Shown piece after piece: positions 51,811-63,821 of a stretch of DNA of 64,000 bases; the first letter of the stretch is position 1; each line of letters opens with the position of its first letter. A model generated the notes under the pieces. The model did no database searches, was not told where the DNA came from, and saw only the letters and a list, made by a program, of their open reading frames with translations. A program made the translations under genes and the position numbers. Location of the stretch: assembly GCA_002104905.1 (NCBI GenBank), contig MCFE01000075.1:62001-126000 (forward strand), written 5' to 3'. The DNA comes from Basidiobolus meristosporus CBS 931.73. Lineage: Eukaryota > Fungi > Basidiobolomycota.

Positions 51811-54800
51811 GCGGGACAGGAAGAGGGACCATCTGGCTTGTCTCTGGTTTGGTACTTTTGAGGTGGTAAAGTACTCAAGGCTCTTGTGGTCACAGAAGAT
51901 CTTTATCTTTTGGGCTGCACTGTCAAGGTAGTGTCTCCATTGTTCAAAGGCAACAATGATTGCAAGTAGCTCCTTATCATTGATATCATAGTTTACTTCA
52001 GCTGGAGTAAATATCTGGGAGTAGAATGTAATAGGGTGTAGTACATTCTTGTCATTGTACTGGGAAAGGATTGCACCAAGTGCAAAGTCAGAGGCATCAG
52101 TTTCTATGATTAAAGGTTTCTCAAGGTCAGGGTGAGCAAGCAGGTGAGCAAGCAGGTGAGCATACAGGAAGGATTTCTCAATGGAATTACATGACTGGGA
52201 CTGTTCCTCATTCCAGGCAAAAGGCAGATTCTTCTGGGTGAGCTTTGTCAAGGGAGTGACTATCTTGGAGTAGTTGGCAATAAATCTACAATAGAAGTTG
52301 GCAAATCCAAGGAAGGGCTGCTCTTCTTTTACAGAACAGGGAGTTTTCCACAACTGGATGGCTTCTACTTTCTTGTTATTCATTCTTATTCTATTTGAGC
52401 TGACTAGATAACCTAAGACCTCAATCTCTTTCTGGTCAAACTCACCTTTCTCCAGTTTGGCATTGAGGCTAGCAGTGTCAAGTTTGGCCAAGACTTACTT
52501 GACATGGGAATTGTGTTCTTCTTGGGTCTTGGAGTAGATCAAGATGTCATCAAGGTAGATAACCACAAATTGGTCAAGGTATTCTTGAAATATATCATTC
52601 ATCAGGTGTTGAAAGACAGCTGGGGCATTGGTGAGACTAAATGGCATAACTTTATACTCAAAACAATCATTTCTTGCTTGGAACGCAGTTTTCCATTCAT
52701 CACCAGGCTTGATCCTGACAAGGTTATATGCTCCTCTGAGGTCAAGCTTAGTAAATACTTTAGCAGCAGAGAGTTGATCCAACAGGGTGTTGATCAGGCA
52801 TAAAGGGTACTGGTTCTTGATTGTGATTTTATTCAGTGCACGGTAGTCTACACACACTCTTAGGGAACCATCCTTTTTTTGACAGAGAGGATTGGGGCAC
52901 CAGCTAGGGACTTAGAGTGCTGAATAAAACCTTTCTGGAGGTTTTCTTGAATATAGCCATGGAGTTCTTTCAACTTTGGTTTCAAGAGGTTGTAAATAAG
53001 ACCAAAAGGTGGGGTTATTCCTTCTTCAAGGTTGTTGGGACAATCATAGGGTCTATGAGCTGGGAGTAGTTTGGCTTTCTCCTTGTCAAAGACATGGGCA
53101 AACTCTTGATACTTTGCAGGTATTCTATTGGAGGGGGTTCCTTCAGTGATGATGGGCTCCCAGGTCTGGGGTAGCTTGGGAAAGGATACTTCTTTACCTG
53201 AAAAATCAAGTGGTTTCATGGAGTTTACATGGTGAATTCTGGGGAATGTCAGGATTTTGGTCTTCCAGTTGATATCTGGGTTATGGTGACTAAGCCATGG
53301 GCTTCCAAGGACTATGGAGTAGGGGGGGAAAGTTGATGATATTGAAGGCTAGTGTCTTGTGGTGACCAGTACTGGACAGCTTGAGTAGACATGTCTCATG
53401 GGTAACAGCATCAGAAGAGTGGGACCTTCCATGAATGACTTCTTCTTAGACAGGATAGGATTTCAGGACAGTGGGGATTTTGAGCTTCTGGACAAATGAC
53501 TGGTCAATGAAACAGGAGGAAGCACCAGAATCTATGAGGGCAAGGACAGAGACAAGGCTGGATTCAGGGAGGTGGATGTTGACAGGTATTCTTAAAGACT
53601 GGATGGACTTGGTAGCACATGATGTTTCTTGAATGTGCTGGATTTACATTGGAGGGTCCAGTTGCAAGCCTGTCATTGTAACTAGACATTGGAGCTTCCC
53701 ATTAATTCTGGAGTAGATTGTTCACAGGATGATTGTAGGAGCTTGAAGCTGGACATCCTGCTAGGACAAGACTTGGCAAAGTGGCCTGGCTGGCCACAGT
53801 AAAGGCAGAGGTTTGCCTGTTGATGTCTAGATCTTTCTTCTTTTGTGAGTTTCTTATATTTAGCACTGTCAATCTGCACAGGATCATCAGGCTTAGTATT
53901 GGGTGACTGTATCACTGGGAAGGAGGTTGGCTGATAAGTATGTTGGAATTTCTGTTTCTTCTGGAAATGCTAATTGTCACATCAGATTGCTTGATGAATA
54001 GCTTCACCCAAGGTGGTTGGGTCAGGGAGAGTGAGAAATAGGTCACTGACTTCATCATTGAGCCCATCTTGAAATTGACTCAGTAGGGTAGCATCACCCC
54101 AAAGGCTCAGATCACTGGCTAGTAGCCGGAATTCAGAAGCATACACAGATGCAGGTCTGTTTCCTTGCTTCAAGCTCTTGATCTTGTTGGCAGCAGTTCT
54201 GGCGTGGTCAATGTTGCCAAATGTTAGCTCCATTTCTGTGAGGAAGGTATGGTAGTTGCTGAGTAGAGGGGAGTTGGTTTCCACCAATGGGGAGATCCAT
54301 TTCTGGGCAGTTCCAGTCAGCAGGTTAGAGATATAACCAACTTTTGCTTGATCTGTTGGGAATCAATCGGGTTGTAGTGACAAGTGGTGTTTCACTATGT
54401 TGATGAAACCTTAGAACTCATTCTGGGAGCCACTGAACTTGGTAGTGAAAGTGATCTTGGGATCATGGCAGGATGGAGCCTAGATTGGCTGTTGAGCATT
54501 TTGGCTCTGGAGCTGAGCAACAGAGTTTCTGAGGTCTGCATTGTCTAGTTGTAGCTGGGCAAAGGCAGCCATGAGACTTGCAAAGCTATACTCTGGGCTG
54601 GACATGTCATGGTAGCAGGAGGTGGCAAAATCTCTAGGACTTGTTCAGGAATACCGGATATTGCTAGCTAGTTTGTGGGTTATAAGGCCACTAGTTTGTC
54701 AAGAATACAATTATTGAGCCACAATCCCCAACTTTGAATAAGTTAGCATCACTTCAGAAGGTACTGGCTTAAATGTCCTTTGATAGAGTATTGTACTAAA

Positions 54801-55010
54801 GCTTCCAATACTGTAACAACTGTAAACTATACCAGCAGTGTAATAAAGTGAATGCAACTTTGGCCAATAATCTTACAAAGATAAAGTATCTTTGCCTTTA
54901 GAGGACAAGACTAGGGAAAGCTTCAGGGTGATACATATGGTAGGTATTTCTTTAAAAGTTCTTCTCAAGAACTTTGGGTAGAACGCAGTGATCCACAGGT
55001 AAGTCAGGAG

Positions 55011-55022
55011 CAGTCTGATAAA
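55011..55022 (-). promoter_or_regulatory. Self-priming primer-binding site of the chromovirus
   Basis: On the - strand, TTTATCAGACTG next to the 5' LTR is the exact complement of CAGTCTGATAAA (55166-55177), about 30 nt downstream of the LTR TATA box. Confidence 0.7.
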
Positions 55023-55768
55023 ACTATTATGAATAGATACAAGGCAGGGGAGTAGAGCTAGGCAAGGCAGGACCAGGAAAGGACTTAGGTGTGGATCAAC
55101 AAGGCAAGATGTGTTTCCAAGGCAAGGCGGATTTCCAAGGCAAGGCTGTTTATTCAAGATCTGTGTTTATCAGACTGAGGAATACACAAGGGAGGATAGG
55201 ACTATATATACATTTTGGCAATATGAATGCTGAGAGATATTGGCTAATACTGATGGGGTTTGGGGGTGATGCACAGTAAGTGTGCCAAGATAGAATATAC
55301 TAAGAAACAGACTGGAATATCACATGGATGTAAATCAGGGGTTAACTAATCATTTAACTAGGTCATGTCACATGTAGGTAAAATAAATGGCTTGGGACTG
55401 CATAAATTCTAATGGCAAGCTTCCATAAAATGTTCCATTGTGTAATGGTGACTTGGAGCTTTCAAGAAGCTGCTAGAATGTGGTAGAACTTTCTAGAAGG
55501 AATTAGGATTTCTTCACTGACTGGATTTGGCTAGATAACTGGAGACCAGGAATGTCATGTGATAATGACAGGTATCAAGTGGCCAGCAAGATACTGTTGG
55601 TATAGTATTGACTGATAAATGGTCCAATATGACTTGTGTGGCTAAATACTGGCTGTGAGCCTTGTAGTACTTACTCTGCTGTCTGCATGCCTCATGGCAG
55701 AGAGGCTTCTTATAATAGCCTCATAAACCTTTTTCTCTTCTCTTAAGCAGTGAATCAAAGTATTCCTC

Positions 55769-56412
55769 TGTTGTAGAAGTTTGCAATTCCACCTAAATAT
55801 TAAGCTAACTTGATCACCTAAATAATTACCATCAAATCCTAAAGAATACTGACCTAATTCTGTGCTGAGATTTACTTAGATTATTTTCACCAAAAAATCA
55901 GTTACCAAGAGCATGAAAATTGGATAAGTTGTCCAAAAAGCCCTAAACATTGCACACATGTTCCTGAAAACCTCCTAAACCTATTCTATGTGCTATTTTG
56001 TCAAGACCATGTAGCAGTACCCTAAGAAAAATGCTTAACAAAAGGCCAGTATAAAACCATCCTAATATCTGCTGATTCCAAGTTTCTCAAAACTGACAGT
56101 TGTAAATATCTTAGGTACTAGATATTGGGCATACAAGCAAATATATTTTCCAGGAGGAGACTAGGCCAACTAGTATCTATGCCAAACTTGGTAGTTAGCT
56201 CACCACTACTTCCATCAAAAAAGCAATTGAAAATTTGAACAAAAAGTATCATCTGCACACAGCAGATTACTAGCCGAAAATCAGATGAAGTCCAAGTTTG
56301 AGACTTCTCATAGGGGTCTAAATACTGTTACATTCAATAAATTATTCAATGAGAACCACATTATCTACTTGCACTCTCAATCACTTCCAATATCTCTAAG
56401 TATCTTACAATG
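55769..56412 (+). mobile_element. Solo LTR, family 3, split by a MITE
   Basis: TGTTGTAGAA start, colinear with 38885-39230 and 44245; flanks TCCTC/TCTTC. Confidence 0.7.
56020..56315. mobile_element. 296-bp non-autonomous CMC-type MITE
   Basis: Ends CCCTAAGAAAA and TTCTCATAGGG resemble the CMC TIR; flanks GTA/GTC; non-coding interior; host LTR resumes. Confidence 0.65.
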
Positions 56413-57436
56413 TCTTCATGGGGCAATCAGTTTGACACTCAGCAGCATAACACTATTATATCACTTCTTTGTCAATACTCATATGAATTTAAGATAGTCT
56501 TGTATTTGAGACATTGCACCTACAAGAATGTAAAATTCAATGTTGACCTGCCATGGTAAGCATTAGAAATACAGCTGTGTCACCACAAACACATGTATGT
56601 GTAACACCACTTTCCCTTTGCATTAATTTACTTCCATATATATGCCACAACAAAATAAAGCAAAGTTATCTGGTTCCCAACCCAACCTCACTGTTGACAG
56701 CAGCAGAAGTATGGTTGGACAACAGCTTGCTTTGACATTCAGTGCAACAAGCAGGGCTACATCCAAAAAAGGCCTTATTGACAGTGTGCACACTGAAAGT
56801 AATAGTGCAGACTCCTCAGGGTCTCAGTCAAGTAGTCAAGTGAGAATCTCTGCAGAGCTGCAAACTGACCATAAGCTTGGGCAAATGAGAATGTAGCAAA
56901 TGTAGTACCTTTGGTTGGAGACCAGCAAGTGGCCATCATAACATCACCACCACTCATACTAGCAAGTATGTTGTCAGCACATACTAAAGCCTTTATGAGG
57001 CAATTAGGTGCAGTGGCTGATAGGATAGATTCAATAGCCCAGAAACAGAGTGAGTGGCTGAAACATTTAGAGCAATCAATATCCTAGGTAGAGAATACAG
57101 TATCTTTTCCTATGAATATTATTGTAATGATCCCATTAAAAGGCCATTGCAAGCTTAAAGTCCCATGACTAAGAGGTACTGATCCTATCAGGACACCATC
57201 CAGAGACCATTGAAAAATAATTGCACCCCAGATTTCACAAAAGACTTGGTCAAAATTTTTCTTCACAATGACATATAAGTGGCTTTTGATTGTTCCCTGC
57301 CAATTTGCTCACTTTCTGATCCCGGACACTCTATCAGCTTTTATGTTTGTGTGCATTGATTGGCTATTGCTTCTTTTTCACACTTCTTACTTCCTGACTC
57401 AACTATTTCTCTTACTTTTCATGCATACAAATTGAT

Positions 57437-59517
57437 TTATTTATGTTGAAACTTCATTTGTATCTCAATTGCCAATTTTATTGACCTATGCTAGTCCCTA
57501 TACCCTACACTAACATTAAGCCCAACCCCACACTCAACAAGTAACTCCATTAAAATCCACCACTCAAGAAGCATTTCTGCTGTAATGCTCTGGTTCCATG
57601 ACATTGGCAGGAAACCAATGGCTTTATGCCTCTGTTCATTCACCGGCTCCTACACTGGTCTTCAACTGGTACTGCAAGGTCTAACCCCTTATTGGCCAGT
57701 CTTTGCAATGAATCCTTGCAATGCTTAAGTGTGTTTTCTTGAGCATTGCTCTTGAAGAATTGCTGCAACCTCCTAGTGTGCCTGTTAATGTACCAATATT
57801 CCACTGAAATCATTGTGATAGTCTTTTGAGTTCTGGAAGCTGTGGCCTTCTCTGTCAGTGGAATCTGTACTTCTCAACAATGGAGAATGTGAAGGCTGTG
57901 GTAGACAAATGGCCTTATTTGGTAAACTCATCTATCTTGCTGGATTGTAGCTCAACTGTCTGTGCTTCCACCTCTTGTGAAAACAGCTGTTTTCTTGTTG
58001 GTAATTCTTCTTGTGTCTGATGGGACTCAGTCTGTTCTGGGCTTGTGGCATTAATTGCCAAGAACTGCAGTTTCTTTTGCATGCTTCCCTGTCTCAGGCT
58101 TGGGTAGACATTTTTCCCTTTACCTTTTCCTTTATCACTGCCAGGTCTTTCACTGCTACTTTTTCTGAGTGCTTCTTGCAATGAACCACATTTTCTCCTT
58201 TGAAATTCTGCTTTGATGCATCTGTTTTGGCCTGCTTGTTACTTTGTGGCACTCTTCTGGCAACCTGATGTTTTTTTCTCGCTTATTTCAAACTCTCTAC
58301 CATTGTTGTGACAGGCTCCTGTAAAAACTGCTGGTTTTATCACTGCCAGGTCCTTCACTGCTGCTTTGAATGAGTGCTTCTTTAGTGGTATTACACTTTT
58401 TCCCTGATAATTGTGGTGCTGGTGCATCTGTGTCTGCCTGCTTGTCCCTAATTGGCACTCTTCAAGCTACCTGACATCTCTTTGACACTTGTGTGGAGCT
58501 TTCAGCCCTGCTTGTATTGGCTCTGGAGGAAGCCGCTGGTTTTTAGCCATGGAACCCTTGCTCTTCTGCCTTTGTTAATTTCTGCTATTCTTAAGATACT
58601 TCCTTAGCATATCAATGATGGCCCAAAATCTGTTTGCCTATTTGAGTCCAGGATAATGCTTGTAGAACCAGTCAAGTGCATTCTGCTTGGGCTTGAGTTC
58701 TTGATGGTCCATTGGTACACCAGCCTTAAGGTGATGGCATGCCAGACTTCTGACAGCCTCATGAATATTAGCCCACTCTTCATTATTGCACTCAATGTCT
58801 TCATGGATCTTCAATGTGTTTTGATTTTTAGGCTTTGGTATAAACACCACATTGTCTCCCTCCCATGCTGTGATAGGTTTCTTTGCAATAATTATCTTTG
58901 GGCTCTGCAGTTGTGCTTCATAGACTGTAAGGTGTTCCTCTGCTGTTACATTGGGAAATGGCTCAATTCTTAGCTGGGACATTGAGCTACTTGAGTTCCT
59001 TCTTTGCAGCAACAATAATGCTTTCTCTACCTGGGATACTGATTGCTCTATATGTATTATCCACTCATCCTGTTTCTGGACTATTTCCTGATTTCTCTGG
59101 GCCATTGCATCTATCCTATCAGCTACTGTACCTAATTGCTTCATTAATACCTTGGTATGAACTGACAACATACTTGTAAATATGAGTGGTTATGATGTCA
59201 TGACAGCTACTTGCTGGTCTTCAACTGAGGGTACTTTATTTGCTACATTGTCATCTGCCTGATCATAATAGTCAGCATGTGCCTCTGCAGAGGCTCTCAA
59301 TTGCCTACTTGACTGAGAGCCTGAGGATTATGCATTATTACATTTGGTGGGCATACTGTTAACATGGTCTTTTTTGGATGTAGCCCCACTTATTGCAATG
59401 AATGTCAAAGCAAGCTGTTGTCCAGTTATTCTTCTGCTGCCATCAGCAGTGGGGTTTGGTTGGGAACCAGACAACCTTGCTTTATTTTTTGGCAGCATAT
59501 ATAGGGAAGTGAATCAA
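57437..59517 (-). pseudogene. CMC ORF2 pseudogene of copy D
   Basis: Colinear with 12574-14669; open pieces at 58638-59171 and 57915-58181. Confidence 0.7.
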
Positions 59518-59720
59518 ACCAAAGGGGAAATGGTGTTACATATACATGTGTATGTGGTGCCACAGCTTTATTTATAATGCTTACTATGGCAGGTCATCAT
59601 TGAATCTTATATTCATGTAGGTGCAATGTCTCAAATACAAGACTTTCTTAAACTTGTGTGATTATTGACCCAAAAGTGACATAATAGTGTTACATTGTTG
59701 AAGGTCAAACTGTTTGCCCC

Positions 59721-62640
59721 ATGGACAAAACTACTTTGATTCAGTGCCATAAGTGAAAAGAAAAAAGACCAGGTGGCTATTGTAGCAAGCCTCTCAGCCA
59801 TGAAGCATGCAGACAGCATAGGAAGTATTACAAGGATCACAGCCAGTGTTTTGCCACACAAGTCATATTTGACCATTCATCAGTCACTACTGTACAAACA
59901 GTATCTTGCCAGCCAGTTGATACTTCTATATTAGCACCTGGTCAGCTTTGTCACCTTGCGCAAACTGAGTCAGGTGAGTTTATGATGTCTTTAGGCTCAC
60001 CACAGCCTTCTGAATATGGAATGCAGAGTGATAGCTCTGACAAAGAAGGTTTATTGATGGATTGTGAGCCTACCTCCCCTAACAACAGTACCATGCATGA
60101 GCCCAGTCAAATCTCAACATGCAATGAGACAACACCTATTGAAACAACTGCCAAGGATACTTTATGGAGCCAAGTGAGCCTGGTAATTCATCTACTGGTG
60201 AATGATGTAATGTTGTGGCTAGAGATGTGGCGTGTTTCCACTAATATTAGTTAAGGGGGCTGTGAGGATTTATTACTACTTCTTGCCAAAATCATTCCCG
60301 GATGCAACTTACCACCTACATGGTACAAGTGGACAACTGTCATGCGGCTGGTAGCATATGACCCAGAGACTGTCCTGATTCCAGCATGTGTTAAAAGTTG
60401 CATGGCATTCACATAAAAAAATGCTACCATTGCAATGTGTCCAAATTGTAAGGAATCCACCACCATGAAGGGAAAACATTGTTTACACTCCAGATATATT
60501 CCAGTAATACCCCATCTAAAGAAGTGTATGCAGTACAACAAATATTGCAATGCTATATAGTACTGCACTCAGTATCAATCAAGTGCAAACATATCTAATA
60601 TACTCCATGGCAACCATTACAAACAGGTAAGAAGCAAGGGCTACTTTGAATGAATATATGACCATGCCTTTGCCTTAGCACTAGATAGATTCTCATTAAA
60701 CAAGTACTCTACTAGCAAATCCTGCTGGCCACTGATTCTCATCAATCTGAATCTGCTGCCCATCTTACGGTATCAGAGCAAAAATCTGATGGTAGTCTCA
60801 CTGGTATCTGGGCCTAAATCACTATCCAACCTGGATAGCTACCTGTATCCACTGCTAGATAAATTTTGTATGCTTTCCAGCAGTCTAACAGTAAATGACT
60901 GTCATGTAGAAGTGCATATTATTATCTGCATTGGAGATACCCCAGCCATCAGCATGATGGCAGGTTTTTCTGGGTGCAATGGACAGTATTGCTGTCAAAT
61001 GTGTGAGATCCTGGGGATTTACTCCATAACTCACACACATTATTATTGGCCAAACACCAATGCTCAGAACATCATCTTCCAACAGAGAGAGTATATAGCA
61101 GTCAGCATGCAATTGCAGCAAAGTCAGCTAGTCATAAGCCATTGGCCAGAATATGGAATCAATTGGAAACCAGAGATACTTAACACAGAGGGTATCTGTT
61201 GGCGCAAAAGCTTTCCACTGGGAGCAATGCATTTGCTTTTTAACAATATCCCTATACTGATGACCAAGTTGTTCATGGGACATTTCAAGCTTAATGAGCC
61301 CTTTGATATACCAGAGAAATTTGAAAGAATTTGCAAGATATTACAGAATATCTGATACCCTAGGTACTTCTCACAGGCTCCAATCAACATTCTTATGCAT
61401 ATGTAACAATACAAATGCAAAGACTGGATGAACTGGATATGCATTTATTCAAGTGGCTTTCCAAACCCATTCTCACCAAGAGTACATAGGAGGCATTGTA
61501 GGTCATATGTGGACATTGTAGGAATACCTATCCAGAAGCAGATCACTAATGCCAACTTGACACATCTACAGCTGCTGTGCAAGGAATTTGTAATGGGATT
61601 TGAGCGGCTATACTACAAACATAAAGCTGAACACAAAGATCTCTGCCACTAATGTATTCATTCTCTACTCCATCTTGCTTGGTGTGTGGAGAATATTGGA
61701 CCTTGCTTCACCTTTTGGGAGTTTTCTATGGAGCAGATGTGTGGGGAGATAGGAAGACTAGTCAAGTTGCAGGTACTACCATATCCCAATCTCATCAAGA
61801 ATATTACTTTTAAGTCTGTCATGGATGTGATGAGCTGGCATATGGAGGACAGCCAGGAAGAGTTGGAAATACTGAGGACAGATGTACACATTGAGACACC
61901 AATGCCTATGGCATTAAGAAGTTAAGCAGCCCCAATGCATGGGTTATCAGCTAAGTAATGCAAAGTTGGGTTGGGTGCAACAAGCAACTAACTTTTATCA
62001 GGAAAACTCTACCAAGGTATGCCAGATTTCTCATGGTCACAAGCCAACTTCTACACCATTCAACATGGAATTCTTGCAAACAAGAGCTAGAGCACACCTA
62101 TAAGAGGGACTAGAATCTAGCAGGGAGAAGGAATATATTGGCTAAATACCAAGAATTTTTTTGTGGATATTCAGGAGGTAGTCATGGCAGAAGTAGCTAC
62201 AACAAAGCATATGTTTGCAAGATGTATATATTACAAGCAGTAAAAGGTATATGGCAACTTTGCAAGTAGCACACTAAAGAGCTGTAAAGTTGAGGTAATA
62301 GAAGTATGTCAATTGCGCAGGTGTGTGCATTTGTAGAGGTTAATAAGCAGGAGGCCATAGTGTTTTTTACTTGAACTATATGTAGAATACCCAAGGCAGT
62401 AGTGGGTCAGTAAATAAAGAGGGGTGATTCTGCAGTGGAGTATATGAATTGCACAAGGGGAGGTAGAAAAAGGAAAACCATTTTGTAAATTGGTATGGTA
62501 GCATTATACAGAACTAGCTGTAGGCCACCATACTGCTGTAATATTGCCATCAGAGTTTTGCTATGCGGCCATTGATCTACCATCAAGTTTTTTGCCATAT
62601 ATGACAATTGGATGACCTGGATGGTCAGATCCTTTTAAAA
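59721..62640 (+). pseudogene. Tnp2/DUF4218-like transposase pseudogene of copy D
   Basis: ATG at 59721; same motifs as copy A (CIGDTPAIS, YCCQMCEI, FWEFSMEQMCGEIG). End approximate. Confidence 0.8.
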
Positions 62641-62751
62641 TAGTTGTAGAGTACATCAAGACAGCAACAATGCCATGCAATTATTGTCACAGTACCAATT
62701 GAGTCCCATCAAGTTTTGTAACCTTATTTGGTGGTAAAATCAGCAAAACAC

Positions 62752-63821
62752 TGTAGTGGGGTCACAGTGAGGCCCACTGACAGATGTTCTCATTCCCATA
62801 TTTTCTACTTCCCTATTTCTCTACTACACTTATTTTAGTTTTATCCTGTTTGTCATACTTGACCAGTACTATCCCAAAAGCTGGCGGACTACCACACCTG
62901 CTTACCTTATTGCATAAGTTATACCTCACTTTATGTAAGATTACTATCTATAAGTGCTTCTATATTAGGCAAGTACTTGCGCCAGTACCTGCAATACATG
63001 GTTAGCCCATGTCACCATCCCTATCATTTCTATATCAAATAGGGTATCCCTATGTTACACAGGTTTCAGGGTACAGATTTCTGATTGGTTGGATGTGCTG
63101 TGCCTCTTAGAGCCTTCTGGCACCTACTTAGAGTACTCTTAGCTCATTCTGATGTCATTAAGATCTCTATTGATCTCTGGAACCTTCTGGAACACCATGA
63201 TTAGTAATCATTTAGCCAGTGAGAAAAGTATATAAGGGAGGTAATCCCTCAACAATAAATCATCATCCCTTTTATCAATATACCAATTTTTTGATTAGTG
63301 TGATCACTGCTGCCTGCTGCTACCTGAGCTTCCAACCTAAAACCACAGGACACTCCCAGGAAACTTCACTGACAGCCAACTGACCTTGAAGGCACTACTT
63401 GTGAGGAATACTCAGAGTAGGTATCATTTGTTATATTTGATTCTTTCCCTAGTTTGTTCTTGTACAGGCAAAGATACTTTTCTGTCTTTGTAACTATTGG
63501 CCACAGCTGCATTCTTTTCAAGTTGCTGCTGGTGGAGTTTACAGTTGTTTTGACTTTGGAAGCTTTAGTACATTGTCATCTTAAAGGATGCTGAGCCCAG
63601 CACATACTTTTGTTAAGATGCCAACTAAGTTGGGGATTGTAGCTCAATAGTTTTCCCTTGACAAGCTTGTGGCTTTATTCCCCTTTGCTTTACTGTAGTG
63701 ATATAACCCAGGTATTCCCAGCAAGCTTTTGCCTAGGGTTGTTGCACCCAGTGAATGCCCACACACAAAACACTCAAGAAGTGTTGGACAAATCTCTCCC
63801 TTGGACTTATACACCACCACA
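62752..63821 (+). mobile_element. Solo LTR, family 1 (sense orientation)
   Basis: TGTAGTGGGG...CACCACCACA ends, TATA at ~63230 followed by AATAAA, flanks ACAC/ATGC. Confidence 0.8.

Larger units (their letters stand above)
49646..54605 (-). pseudogene. Chromovirus gag-pol pseudogene
   Basis: Gag KIKSLKQGNRPASVYASEF, knuckle CLYCGQPGHFAKSC, protease [37 protein letters not shown] and [12 protein letters not shown], RNase H IETDASDFALGAIL, integrase ITFHP. Stops and frameshifts present. Confidence 0.9.
49095..55570 (-). mobile_element. Full-length Ty3/gypsy chromovirus (Tf1/sushi group), decayed, 6476 bp including a nested solo LTR
   Basis: LTRs 49095-49618 and 55025-55570, 5-bp flanks GGCAT/GGTAT, PPT AAAAGAGGAGAATAG (- strand, from 49619), complete gag-pol motif order ending in a chromodomain. 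Confidence 0.9.
48760..57107 (-). mobile_element. Inverted CMC copy hosting the chromovirus, a solo LTR, a MITE and CMC copy D (continues at 63961-64000)
   Basis: Transposase N-terminus on - at 48760-49094 and 55571-55768; ORF2 on + at 56640-57107, resuming at 63961 after the TTT TSD. Confidence 0.7.

Noticed and set aside
52128-52162. 12-bp tandem duplication giving AHLLAHLLAHP in chromovirus pol
   Set aside because: It is a simple local slippage duplication in a dead element.
49090-55575. Counting the chromovirus TSD (GGCAT/GGTAT) as another CpG-centred target
   Set aside because: It is 5 bp, and sister host copies read GGTAT/AGTAT here, so an ancestral CG is not supported.
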